Positions 51,258 through 61,029 of a stretch of DNA of 64,000 bases are shown piece by piece; position 1 is the stretch's first letter; each line of letters begins with the position of its first letter. The notes beneath the pieces were generated by a model that was not told the origin of the DNA, did not search any database, and saw only the letters and a list, made by a program, of their open reading frames with translations. Source of the DNA: an uncultured Actinomycetota bacterium (GTDB lineage: Bacteria > Actinomycetota > Actinomycetes > Propionibacteriales > Nocardioidaceae); assembly GCA_963758885.1 (NCBI GenBank), contig CAVWXS010000018.1:2717-66716 (forward strand). Reading direction: 5' to 3'. Both the position numbers and the translations under genes were made by a program.

Positions 51258-51892
51258 TCCGCGTGTTGCTCGCCGACGACGAGGAGCTCGTGCGTACCGG
51301 CCTGCGTCTGATCCTGGGCACCGAGCCCGACCTCGACGTGGTCGGAGAGGCCGCCGATGGCGCGCAGGCGCTCGCGCTGGTTGCTGAGCTCTCCCCGGAC
51401 GTGGTCCTGCTCGACATCCGGATGCCCGGCGTCGACGGGATCGAGGTCGCGCGTCGCCTCGGCGAGACCGCAGCGTCCACCCGGGTCGTGGTCCTGACCA
51501 CCTTCGACAACGACGACTACGTGTACGCCGCCCTCGGGGCCGGGGCCTCCGGCTTCCTGCTCAAGGACGCTCCGGCCGGCCAGCTGGTGACTGCCATCCG
51601 CGCCGCTGCCGCGGGCGACGCGGTCCTCGCTCCGTCCGTGACGCGCCGCGTCGTCGACGAGCTGGGGCGGCGGCAGCCACCTGGCGGGATCCAAGGGATG
51701 TCCATGCTCACCGACCGGGAGCGCGACGTCCTCTCCTTGATGGCATCAGGATGTTCGAACGCCGAGATCGGCGAGCGCCTCTTCATCAGCGAGGGAACGG
51801 TCAAGACCCATGTAGCCCGGATCCTCGGAAAGCTCGGCGTTCGTGACCGGCTGCAAGCAGTCGTGCTGGCCTACCAGTCCGGGGCCACCTGA
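51254..51892 (+). CDS. NarL-family response regulator
   Basis: VLLADD, DVVLLDIRMP, LTTF, FLLKD, LuxR HTH. Confidence 0.95.
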   Translation: MIRVLLADDEELVRTGLRLILGTEPDLDVVGEAADGAQALALVAELSPDVVLLDIRMPGVDGIEVARRLGETAASTRVVVLTTFDNDDYVYAALGAGASGFLLKDAPAGQLVTAIRAAAAGDAVLAPSVTRRVVDELGRRQPPGGIQGMSMLTDRERDVLSLMASGCSNAEIGERLFISEGTVKTHVARILGKLGVRDRLQAVVLAYQSGAT

Positions 51893-51978
51893 GAGGCGGA
51901 CGAGTGCCCGCCCGGCACACTGGCCTGGGTGGTCGTCGTCGAGGAGAGTGATCACGTGCACACAGTCAGGGCCGCGCA

Positions 51979-52452
51979 GTGACCGGGCGCGAGCTGCTCG
52001 ACGAGCTGGAGTCGCAGGAGTCGCGGCTCGTCTTCGACCGGTTCGACGAGGACACCGCCTGGGAGCTCGGCGTCGCCCTGCGGGAGGCTGCCCTGGCTGC
52101 TGCGCTACCGGTTGCCATCTCGATCCGTCGCAACGGCCAGCGACTGTTCCACGCTGCGGTTCCAGGCTCGAGCGCCGACAACGACGGCTGGCTCGAACGC
52201 AAGAGCGCTGTCGTCGACCGCTACGGCCGCTCCTCGCTCCGCGTCGGCGAGCTCTTCCGGGTCAACGGTGGGTCCTTCGACAAGGACTCACGGTTGGACC
52301 CGGCGACGTACGCCGCCCACGGCGGCGCTTTCCCGATCGTCGTACGGGGCACCGGTTGCGTCGGCACCGTCGCAGTCTCCGGCCTGCCGGAGGTGGAGGA
52401 CCACCGGTTCGTCGTCGAGGTGCTCGAGGCCTTTCTCGCCACGAGCCCCTGA
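51979..52452 (+). CDS. Heme-degrading domain protein (UPF0303/GlcG-HbpS superfamily)
   Basis: DNDGWLERK, YAAHGGAFPI, VAVSGLPEVEDH. Confidence 0.88.
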   Translation: MTGRELLDELESQESRLVFDRFDEDTAWELGVALREAALAAALPVAISIRRNGQRLFHAAVPGSSADNDGWLERKSAVVDRYGRSSLRVGELFRVNGGSFDKDSRLDPATYAAHGGAFPIVVRGTGCVGTVAVSGLPEVEDHRFVVEVLEAFLATSP

Positions 52453-52645
52453 CAGCGCAGATGGGGCGCCACATCGCCGCATGTGGGTGCCTTTAGACGA
52501 CCGGATCTGCCGATGAGCGGTCGATCGCCACACCGGACCGCGACCCGGGCCCAGGCGAACATGGTGGAGTCAGCGGCCCCACCGGCACGCCGTCGGTAGT
52601 CGGGGTGAAACGTGGAACAGAACCTCACTCAGGAACGAGAATGCC

Positions 52646-53890
52646 GTGGTGAACGTCGAGTGGGACCTGGCTGCATTCCGTCGTGCAAAGTTCGTCGGGC
52701 GCGAGGGCGCCCACATGGAGCTGCACGTGGACGCCGAGCCCGAGCCAGGCGCGGCCCTGCGCTTGCTGTCGCAGGCCGTCGACGTCGCCAATGACGCGCT
52801 TGCGGCCGAGGAGGCGGCAGGACGAGAGATGTACGGCTTGGTCGACGCCGTCGCCCCCGGGCCTCATGGGCCGGTCGCCCGCTTCAAGGAGTGCGAACCC
52901 GCCGCAGCGCTGCGCCTCTACCTCACCACCCTGACGTCGACGCTCGAGGAGCTGGGGGTCGCCGGACGACTGCTGCCCGTTGCCCAACAGATCGACGACC
53001 GGTGGTACGGCAACAACACCTTCGGAGTGCTCGCTGCCGTGTTGCAGCTTCCGGTCGACGTGGCTGGATTCCTGGCCGACTGGCGCAGTTCCACGTCCGG
53101 ACCACACAGCTCGTGGTGGGTTGACGAGTCACACACCGAGGCTGTTCTCGAACCGGTGCTGACCTGGGTTCTCGATGCCGGCGACAACCTCCAGATGACG
53201 GTGGGTCTCACACACAGTCGCCCGCACCGGAGCGAGGCGTGGGCGCTGCTCGTGGCCGGACTTCGGCTCGGCGCCCAGGTCTTCGTCAGGGCCGACGACG
53301 GGCCGTCGCGGATGAGAGGTCTCTATGCTCCTGCCTTCGGCGACGTCCTGGTGCACTCCTACGAACCGACCCGCCCGCGAACCTCACACCTGGAGACGCT
53401 CGTCGGCCTGCTCCGCACCTGCGCGCCGGAGCTGAGGGGCGGGTGGGTGCAGGAGGCCGACACCGCCGCCATCGCGCGGAACGACCTGCTCACCCGCGTC
53501 CCGCCGGTCCACCCATTGATGCAACGAGTCGGCAACACCGCCTGGTGGCTCTTCGACCTCGAGCACGACCATGTTGTCGACGCCTTCGTCGCCCAAGTGC
53601 TCAATGACGCTCAGCTCGCCAACACCCACGACCTTTCCGTCGCTCGTTGGCAGGTCACCGAAAGCGGCCCCGACCGTCACCTGGTCGTCGCCCGCGACCC
53701 CGCACCGTGGTTCGACCACGACCCCCTGCCGCTCCCACAGCGCGCTGGCTACGACAACGCCTGGCGTCGCTCACCGATCAACGCCGTGGACGACGACACC
53801 CTCGCCCAGGCCCGGGCGGACTTCGGCGACGCGATCATGACGCTGGAGACACTGGAGCAGCATCCTTTCGTGGAACCCTCGTCGGGCTGA
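52646..53890 (+). CDS. Hypothetical protein
   Basis: 414-aa ORF with protein-like composition; no motif recognised. Confidence 0.6.
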   Translation: MVNVEWDLAAFRRAKFVGREGAHMELHVDAEPEPGAALRLLSQAVDVANDALAAEEAAGREMYGLVDAVAPGPHGPVARFKECEPAAALRLYLTTLTSTLEELGVAGRLLPVAQQIDDRWYGNNTFGVLAAVLQLPVDVAGFLADWRSSTSGPHSSWWVDESHTEAVLEPVLTWVLDAGDNLQMTVGLTHSRPHRSEAWALLVAGLRLGAQVFVRADDGPSRMRGLYAPAFGDVLVHSYEPTRPRTSHLETLVGLLRTCAPELRGGWVQEADTAAIARNDLLTRVPPVHPLMQRVGNTAWWLFDLEHDHVVDAFVAQVLNDAQLANTHDLSVARWQVTESGPDRHLVVARDPAPWFDHDPLPLPQRAGYDNAWRRSPINAVDDDTLAQARADFGDAIMTLETLEQHPFVEPSSG

Positions 53891-54171
53891 CCTCCGACCG
53901 CAATGCCCGCCGGAGCCATGGCTGTCGCGGTCTCTCATCTGTTGGGCAGCACCGTCAGTGCCGATGACGGCATCGCTCATGGCGAGCATTCACGAGTGCT
54001 GCACCCACCCCGAAGCGCCCTCACATGCCGCGATCCGCGCGGCCCTCGGGATGCGTCTAAGCGCCGCAAGCGAGTTGGGTCCTCGCGGCCGCGCCATGTC
54101 CCACGAATCGTGGACGGCCGACCGGGGTTCGTGCAACCGTGGGGCCAGGCCCTGTTGGGAGGGGAGACACC

Positions 54172-54348
54172 ATGGAACAGTCTGCGTTGCCGACGTCCTG
54201 CCCCGACTGTCACGCGCTGACCGACGACCTCGCCGGTCATGAGCGCTGGCACTCACGGTTGGTCCGCGACATCGCCGTAGCCGTCGACAAGGAGAACAAG
54301 CGACGCGAGGCGTCCGCAGCAGGCTTAAACCCGGCTGCGAATCACTGA
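54172..54348 (+). CDS. Small protein with C2H2-like zinc-finger motif
   Basis: GGGGAG RBS; CPDCHALTDDLAGHERWH (CxxC-x9-H-x3-H) followed by a helical tail. Confidence 0.65.
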   Translation: MEQSALPTSCPDCHALTDDLAGHERWHSRLVRDIAVAVDKENKRREASAAGLNPAANH

Positions 54349-54535
54349 CCTGCGTTCCCGTCACGCACTAGCCCCGCGCACGCGCGTCCGGGGTAGAGCG
54401 TGTGGTGCGCCCGACTCGCCTTGAGCAAACATGCGTCCATCCGGCGCGATGGTGACTGCATCGTTTGTCGCCGACCGACTCACGCCCCCCGTGTAGATGC
54501 AGTGAACCTCGATGAGCCGCCCTTGGTCGGCTCAG

Positions 54536-54916
54536 TCAGGCGGTGTACGCCGTCATGCGGATCGACACCAGAAGCCCAGGCACGTCGACGCCTAGCTTCA
54601 TGCCGTACCGGGTTGGTGGGTCGGACGGGAACCACCGTGCGTACTCCTCGTTGAGGCCGGCGAAGTCGGCTGGGCTACTGAGCAGAATCCCGACTTCGAC
54701 GACGTCATCCAGACTGGCTCCACCGGCCTGGAGGATCGCCTCGCAGTTCATCAACGCCTGTCGTGTCTGCGCCTGGATCGTCTCTCCGGCCAGGCTGCCG
54801 GTGCTCGGGTCGATGCCGACGATTCCCGAGAGAAACACGAAAGGTCCGGCCTTGACTCCCTGGCTGAAGAGCGGCGAACCAGGCGCGTCTGCGCTCGTGA
54901 TGACCTGTCGTGGCAT
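54536..54916 (-). CDS. RidA/YjgF family protein
   Basis: FSQGVKAGPFVFLSG, QTRQALMN, NEEYARWF..PPTR; AGGAGG RBS. Confidence 0.9.
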   Translation of the reverse strand: MPRQVITSADAPGSPLFSQGVKAGPFVFLSGIVGIDPSTGSLAGETIQAQTRQALMNCEAILQAGGASLDDVVEVGILLSSPADFAGLNEEYARWFPSDPPTRYGMKLGVDVPGLLVSIRMTAYTA

Positions 54917-55270
54917 GAGGCTCCTCCTGGCTGATAACCCGATTGTTGGCCCCAGAGTCTCAGGTCTCGAGCAGCGACACGATCGTGTGTTCTCCGGTGA
55001 GGATTTGCTGCTATGGCCGGGCACCGATCGCCACTGAGTCACACCGCAGCGACTTGCCGGGCAGCGATCCGCACCGTCATGCCCGATGAGCGGCCGTTGG
55101 GCGAGATCGGGCCGTTGTCTTGCCTGTGGCTGGGCGAATCGCGCAGATGAGTACTCAGCAGCGTGAGCGGTCCGGGCTGCGTTCGTGCATCTGGGTACCA
55201 CTCGAGCAGGCGTAGCCACTCGCACGGGGTGAAGACAGTCACCACGACCGGGCGACTGCGCCCCGGGCCG

Positions 55271-55918
55271 TCAGGCTCGATCGGTGGGTGGCGGGAAGCC
55301 GTGCTGCAAGGCCCACGCCACCGCCTGAGCCCGGTGGCGGACCCCGAGCTTGCGATACGCACTACGGATGTAGGTCTTGATCGAGTTGATGCTGAGGAAG
55401 CACTCGCTGGCGATCTCTTGGTTGGTCCGACCCTGGACGATCAAGGCCAGCACAGCCGACTCGCGGCGTGAGAGGCCAAACCCCTTGCCGGGATAGGCCG
55501 AGTCGTCGGGGGTGCGCACGGTCGGGACGTCGTCGAGGGTGCCCTCAATGGCCGCGTGAATCACCTCGGCCAACTGCTCGGCCGAGACGCTGAGAGGGAC
55601 AACGGCAGCCGCCCCCCACTGCAGGGCCAACGTTTCGAGGTCGGGGCGCAGCCCGTCGTAACTGACGGCAATGACCACCGACCCGGTCTGCTGCCTGAGA
55701 CGGTCAAGTTCAGCGGTGTCCCCGCTGACCAGGCCGATGACGTCGTAGAGAATGACGTCGGGTTCCCCGTCGACCGGCCCGACCGTCGCGAACAGCGATG
55801 CGCCGAACTCGGTCTCCAGAATGGTGCGAAGCCCGGTGGCTACGACCTCCTGGGGCGTATCAATGTCTATCCAGAGGCGCTCAGGGTTGGGCTGGGATGT
55901 GGAATCAGGCTCAGACAA
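55271..55918 (-). CDS. Atypical response regulator with LuxR HTH (paralog of 7889-8668)
   Basis: QEVVATGL, DVILYD, LSRRESAVLALIVQGRTNQEIA..SINSIKTYIRSAYRKL. Start uncertain. Confidence 0.85.
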   Translation of the reverse strand: MSEPDSTSQPNPERLWIDIDTPQEVVATGLRTILETEFGASLFATVGPVDGEPDVILYDVIGLVSGDTAELDRLRQQTGSVVIAVSYDGLRPDLETLALQWGAAAVVPLSVSAEQLAEVIHAAIEGTLDDVPTVRTPDDSAYPGKGFGLSRRESAVLALIVQGRTNQEIASECFLSINSIKTYIRSAYRKLGVRHRAQAVAWALQHGFPPPTDRA

Positions 55919-56680
55919 GCGAACGGTCCGATCTAGGCTCGTGCGGGGCCGGCGAGCGGTCGGACACCATGAAGTGGGAGCGAGACTTGTCTCTCGCGCC
56001 CAGAGCGCAACATGGGACTCATCGATCCGGGGTGATGTGACACACCCTACCGGGAGAGGTCCCAGGCGAGGCGATGGCCGTCCGATCACGGGGGGAACCG
56101 GACGGCCACCTTGCGACAGGCTGGCCGACGTCGACCTGATGCGTCTAGGGGTGGACCTGGGGTACCCCTGGACGTCCGGATCTGTTAGGCAGTGGGGTGG
56201 TCGGCCTCGCTCGATGACCCGGGGGACACCGAGCGAGGTTCCGACTGCGGATGACCTCGGTCGAGCAGCAGCGGTGGCGACCGTGTGGTTGTCTCGGGCC
56301 AGCCCACCCCTAGGGTTCGACTCATCGGCACGCAGCTGTTGGGTACAGCCATCTCATGTGGATCTTGACGGCGCTGCTGCCCGTGATGATCGTCGTTGCT
56401 TTGGTAATCGCTTGCAGGCCATTGCCGCCAGCGGTGCCGCGTCACCGGGCCAGCACTGCTCGTCGCGCATCTGGCCCCCCTCGCCCCGGCACCTGACAAG
56501 GCAAAGCAAGGTCGGCAGCGGAAGGGCTCTACGCGTCCGTCTTGCCGCGATCCGCTGGGTCCTGCCGATGATCGCGGCCGTCCTGCGACCGGGACGCGAC
56601 CGAGCGCGACCGGCTGAGGCGAGCCTGATGCCGTCAAAGCGACGCACGTCGTCCGTGCCTTCGCACCCCAGGGAGTCATC

Positions 56681-56979
56681 ATGCGCAAATCGCTCGTCGT
56701 CCTGGGCACCGCCGCCCTCGTGGCCCTGACCGCCCAGGGCGCCGCGGCTGCCGAACCGACCCGGGAAACCGTTCACGCCAACCCGCAGTTCGACATCGGT
56801 GAGTGCTCTGGGTGTCGACGGGCACCGGCACTAACGTGCACGTCGTCTTGCCAGGCGAAGGCACGCTGGGCCTAGGAGCCGGTCGTTTCGTGATCGATGA
56901 CCAGGGAGACATCGTCTCCGAGCACGGTCGCCTGGACGAACCCCTGACTCCGGAACTGTGCGCCGCCCTCAGTCCGTGA
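56681..56979 (+). pseudogene. Internally deleted secreted protein ending LCAALSP
   Basis: RBS and signal peptide MRKSLVVLGTAALVALTAQGAAA, then an out-of-frame C-terminus NVHVVLPGEGTLGLGAGRFVIDDQGDIVSEHGRLDEPLTPELCAALSP*. Confidence 0.6.
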
Positions 56980-57167
56980 CGTCCGGCCGCATCGCGACAC
57001 GGGCGCGGGGGAGGGCTTCGGCCCTCCGCAGGTACTCAGATCGTGACCGCACTCAGTCAGCAGCAACAAGAAATTCGCCCTGTCATGCCGCGAGCCGGGC
57101 GGTCGTGCCGGGTCCTCCGGGTTCGGTTGGGGTCGCCGCCGAGGGCCGGTACGTTCAAACGGTGGTG

Positions 57168-58568
57168 ATGCCGAGTCCTGGTTGGCACCGGCTGGAGGCG
57201 GCCATCGACGGCCGCGTCGTCCCCGACCCAGAGCCGACCACGTTCAACGCCCGGTTCCACGACGATCGTCCCCGGGCGGTGGTCCGCTGCACGTCGCCGG
57301 CGGACGTGGCGGCGACGCTGTCGTTCCTGCGCCAGCACGACCTGCCGTTCGCCGTACGCAGCGGCGGCCACTGCTTCGCCGGCACCTCGTCGAGCCCCGG
57401 CGTCGTGCTCGACGTCACGCCGATGGGCCGCGTTGCGCCGGACGGCGACCTGGTCACGGTCGGTGCCGGCGCGCGCCTGGGTGCGATCTACGACCGCCTC
57501 CAGCTCGACGACCGTGCCCTTCCCGCCGGGACCTGCCCCACCGTCGGGATCGCCGGGCTGGCGCTGGGCGGGGGCCTTGGCGTGCTCGGTCGCCGCTACG
57601 GACTCACGTGCGACCGGATGCTCTCGGCCCAGGTCGTGCTGGCCGACGGCAGCCTCGTCACCTGCGACGAGCGCCATGAGGCGGACCTCTACTGGGCGCT
57701 GCGTGGAGCCGGCGCCGCCGGCTTCGGCGTGGTGACGTCGTTCGTCTTCCGCACTGTTCCCGCGCCGCACGCGGTCAACTTCCACCTCGCCTGGGACTTC
57801 GACCAGGCCGTCGACGTCGTGGAGGCCTGGCAGACCTGGGCGCCGTCGGCGCCCGACGAGCTCGCGGCAAGCCTCAAGCTGATCGCCAGCGGCGAACCGG
57901 CAAGGCCACCCACGGTGAACGTCTACGGCGTCCTCCAGGTCGGCGACACCGACGGGTCCGACCTCATCGACGACCTCCGACACCGGGTCGGGGTCGACCC
58001 AGCCTGGCGCTGGACCGAGGTCCTGCCCTTCGCCCGAACCCGGCAGCTGTGGGCACAGCTGCCCCCGGCCGGGACGGCGTTCCACGACCTCGGCACTCCC
58101 ACCGAGATCCACCCGTGGATGGCCACCCGGTCCGAGTTCTTCCGCCGCCCCCTCCCGACCGACACGGTGGCTGCGGTGCTCGAGGGCCTCACCCGTGACC
58201 GGGCCGCGGGGGAGGAGCGCGAGCTCGACTTCATGCCCTGGGGCGGGGCCTACAACCGGGTCGCTGCCGACACGACAGCCTTCGTCCATCGCGACGAGAT
58301 GTTCCAGCTCAAGCACTCGGCCACCGTCCACCCCGACGCGCCCGCTCGGGCCAAGGACGCCGCCCTCGCGTTCGTACGACGGTCATGGGAGACCGTGCAC
58401 CCATGGGGATCGGGCGGGGTCTTTCCCGCCTTTCCCGACCGAGACCTCGCCGAGCCGGCCGAGGCGTACTACGGCAGCAACCTGCCACGCCTCCGCGCGA
58501 TCAAGGCCCGCTACGACCCCACCAACGTCTTCCAACCGCCCGGTGGGCAAGCCATCTCAGCGGACTGA
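57168..58568 (+). CDS. FAD-linked oxidoreductase, berberine bridge enzyme (BBE) type
   Basis: AVRSGGH (covalent FAD His), AGTCPTVGIAG..GGG, WALRG, YYGSNLPRLRAIKARYDP. Confidence 0.92.
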   Translation: MPSPGWHRLEAAIDGRVVPDPEPTTFNARFHDDRPRAVVRCTSPADVAATLSFLRQHDLPFAVRSGGHCFAGTSSSPGVVLDVTPMGRVAPDGDLVTVGAGARLGAIYDRLQLDDRALPAGTCPTVGIAGLALGGGLGVLGRRYGLTCDRMLSAQVVLADGSLVTCDERHEADLYWALRGAGAAGFGVVTSFVFRTVPAPHAVNFHLAWDFDQAVDVVEAWQTWAPSAPDELAASLKLIASGEPARPPTVNVYGVLQVGDTDGSDLIDDLRHRVGVDPAWRWTEVLPFARTRQLWAQLPPAGTAFHDLGTPTEIHPWMATRSEFFRRPLPTDTVAAVLEGLTRDRAAGEERELDFMPWGGAYNRVAADTTAFVHRDEMFQLKHSATVHPDAPARAKDAALAFVRRSWETVHPWGSGGVFPAFPDRDLAEPAEAYYGSNLPRLRAIKARYDPTNVFQPPGGQAISAD

Positions 58569-58622
58569 CCGGCCGCTGCTAGCGGCTCAGGTTGCGCGCG
58601 AGCCGGCTCACCCCGGCATCGG

Positions 58623-58951
58623 GTGATCGGCGGACTACTCGGTGCGGGATTCGTTGCCCCTCGCGTCCTGTCCGGGCACCGTCGCATGGGCGTGGGGTCG
58701 GCGCTCCTGCGAGTCCTGGCCGAACACTGCAGCAGGTACGCGTGCGGCCGAGGTGATCGAGGCGAGCCAACGTCCCGACCTGCGGGCCGCCTGCTTTCGA
58801 GACGTTCGGCAAGGAGGTCTCGACGACTTCGCCGTTACACGCCTGGACGCAGGCCGACAACTCGTTGATGCTGCGGCTCAACGAACACCTCGGATACGTC
58901 ACCACGCGCAACGGCATCACAGTCTCCCGGGCACTTCCGCTCACCATCTGA
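58623..58951 (+). pseudogene. Degraded GNAT acetyltransferase remnant
   Basis: VAPRVLSGHRRMGVGSALL (acetyl-CoA motif) and AWTQADNSLMLRLNEHLGY..PLTI* in different frames, far too close together for an intact gene. Confidence 0.55.
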
Positions 58952-58987
58952 GGGGACCGAACATCTCCACCTTCCGTTGGCGCGTGA

Positions 58988-59443
58988 CTAGCTCGTGGGT
59001 TCCGAGCCGGAGGCCAGCTGCTCGAGGACGACGCCGGCGGTCGGTGAGGCGAGCGGGTCGGCGTGACGGTGCACCACCTTCCACTCACCGTCCTCGCGGG
59101 CGAACACCGTCGTGACGCGCAGCACGTACGCCGATGGCTGCCCACCGCCGATGGAGGCGGTGGTGTGCTCGTAGGCGACCGTGTACGCGAGATCGTCACC
59201 GGCCCGCGCCGCGATGACTTCGTTGTCGTAGGACCTGCAGTCTGAGAAGGACGCACCCAGCCGCTGGAAGATGGGCTCGATCTCAGCCCAACCCGACCCG
59301 CCCATGACCCCGCCGAACAGTGTCACCTGGTCGGTGTGGGACCACAGCCGGATGCGTGGCTCGGGATCGCCGTTGTGAAGGTCGACCTCTGCCTGGCGCA
59401 GGCGCGGCATCGTCTCGCTGAGGAACGTCTCGGTCTGGTTCAT
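58988..59443 (-). CDS. NTF2/SnoaL-like domain protein (YybH type)
   Basis: LWSHTDQVTLFG, DLAYTV, LRVTTVFAREDGEWKVVHRHAD. Confidence 0.88.
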   Translation of the reverse strand: MNQTETFLSETMPRLRQAEVDLHNGDPEPRIRLWSHTDQVTLFGGVMGGSGWAEIEPIFQRLGASFSDCRSYDNEVIAARAGDDLAYTVAYEHTTASIGGGQPSAYVLRVTTVFAREDGEWKVVHRHADPLASPTAGVVLEQLASGSEPTS

Positions 59444-59466
59444 GGGAACCTCCTCGAATTAGATGG

Positions 59467-59488
59467 ATAGTCTAATAGAATAGACTGT
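59467..59488. promoter_or_regulatory. Candidate TetR operator (AGTCTA-N6-TAGACT) in an AT-rich divergent intergenic region
   Basis: Inverted repeat at 59469-59474 and 59481-59486 between the SnoaL-like gene and TetR. Confidence 0.6.
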
Positions 59489-59504
59489 GAGTATCATCCG
59501 CGCC

Positions 59505-60128
59505 ATGGCTTCCGTCAAGCGTCCGTACCGCTCCTCCATCCGGCGCGGAGACGCGCCAGCCCTCATCTGCGACGCGGCGTACCGGCTCTTCTCGACCAAG
59601 GGCTACCTGGCGACCTCGATCGAGGACATCGCCGCCGAGGCCGGCGTCGCCCGTCCGACGATCTTCACGGCCGTCGGCCCCAAGTCGACGATCCTGCGCT
59701 TCGTCGTCGACCAAGCCCTGGCCGGCGACGACGAACCGGTCCCGATCGCGAAGCGACCCTGGTGGCGGGAGGCCATCGACGAGCCCGACGCCACGCGCTC
59801 GATCGCGCTCGCGGCCCGCAACATGTGCCGGATCAACCAGCGCTCGGCGCTGGTGTTGCGCGAGCTCGAGATCGCCGCGTCCGTCGATGCCGACGCGAAG
59901 GAGGTCTGGGACCGCTTCCAGCAGCAGCGCCGGATCGGCCTGAACGAGTTCGCATCCGCACTCAGCCGCAAGACCGACCGTGTGCGCCACGACGAAGGCA
60001 CCATCACCGACACCCTCTGGATGCTCACCCCCGACGCCTACCTACGGCTCGTCCAGGACGCCGGGTGGCCGGTCGAACGCTTCCAGGACTGGCTCACCGA
60101 CGTCCTCCAACGCGTGCTCCTGGACTGA
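59505..60128 (+). CDS. TetR/AcrR family transcriptional regulator
   Basis: AAYRLFSTKGYLATSIEDIAAEAGVARPTIF HTH. Confidence 0.92.
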   Translation: MASVKRPYRSSIRRGDAPALICDAAYRLFSTKGYLATSIEDIAAEAGVARPTIFTAVGPKSTILRFVVDQALAGDDEPVPIAKRPWWREAIDEPDATRSIALAARNMCRINQRSALVLRELEIAASVDADAKEVWDRFQQQRRIGLNEFASALSRKTDRVRHDEGTITDTLWMLTPDAYLRLVQDAGWPVERFQDWLTDVLQRVLLD

Positions 60129-60141
60129 GCCGCTCGGAGGC

Positions 60142-60906
60142 TCAGCGACGTTCGGCGACCAGCAGGAACCGCCGGGTCATGCATTCGATGCTGGCCCGCA
60201 TGTCGTCGAGCCCAGAGAGCATCTCCTGCACCGGGACAGCAGCCTCCGCAGCCAACTCCTCGACGCGCTCGAGCAGGAACTCCGCGAAGACAACGCACCT
60301 TCGTCGCCAGTCGTCGGTCTCTTCGTACGAGAGCACGCTGAACCCCGCGTACTCCGCCAGAGGTCGGTGGTCGGCGATCTGCGGAGGTCGGTTGCGCGGC
60401 TGGGAGTGGTAGTCCCACGAGGTCATGGCAACCCGCCCTCCGGGGCGCAGGACACGGGCCAGCTCCACGAACGCCGCATGCTTGTCAGGCGTGAACAGGA
60501 AGGCATCGAAGGACATCACCAGGTCTGCCGTGGAGTCGGGAAGGCCGGTTGCCTCGAAGGAACCGACCCGGAACTCGGCGTCCACCCCCAGCTGGCCCGC
60601 TAGTCGCCGAGCTCGTTCGAGTGCCGACTCCGCGATGTCGACACCGATCAACCGGGTGTCCGTCGTACCCGCGACCCACAGGCCAGGCCCGCCCCGCCCG
60701 CAGCCCAGGTCGACGAGGAGACCAGCGTCTGTCGCAGCGGCCTGCTCGGCGACCTGACGGAGCTCGGTGCGCGATACCCAGCTGTACGTGTCGAGACCGG
60801 CGGGGTACTCATCTCCCAACGCGGCAACCGCCGCCTGCGCCTCGATGGCCGACGGAGGATTGGCGAACTCCCTCTCGAAGATCTGCGTCAGGTCATCGGT
60901 GCTCAT
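60142..60906 (-). CDS. Class I SAM-dependent methyltransferase
   Basis: LVDLGCGRGG, IGVDIA, LARVLRPGG. Confidence 0.88.
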   Translation of the reverse strand: MSTDDLTQIFEREFANPPSAIEAQAAVAALGDEYPAGLDTYSWVSRTELRQVAEQAAATDAGLLVDLGCGRGGPGLWVAGTTDTRLIGVDIAESALERARRLAGQLGVDAEFRVGSFEATGLPDSTADLVMSFDAFLFTPDKHAAFVELARVLRPGGRVAMTSWDYHSQPRNRPPQIADHRPLAEYAGFSVLSYEETDDWRRRCVVFAEFLLERVEELAAEAAVPVQEMLSGLDDMRASIECMTRRFLLVAERR

Positions 60907-60957
60907 GGTTCCCCTACCGATGTGGGCGCCTTGCCACCTCCAAAGTACAGCGGCGAG

Positions 60958-60978
60958 GGGGTCTTGCGGCAAGGCCCC
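60958..60978. promoter_or_regulatory. Rifamycin-associated element (RAE)-like inverted repeat GGGGTCTTGC-G-GCAAGGCCCC
   Basis: 10-bp arms with one mismatch around the core CTTGCGGCAAG, about 50 bp upstream of the monooxygenase; matches the RAE consensus as I recall it. Confidence 0.75.
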
Positions 60979-61029
60979 TGTCGTGACCCAGACTTCTCTG
61001 CCTCGCCGACGGAAAGCGAAGGGTTGGAC

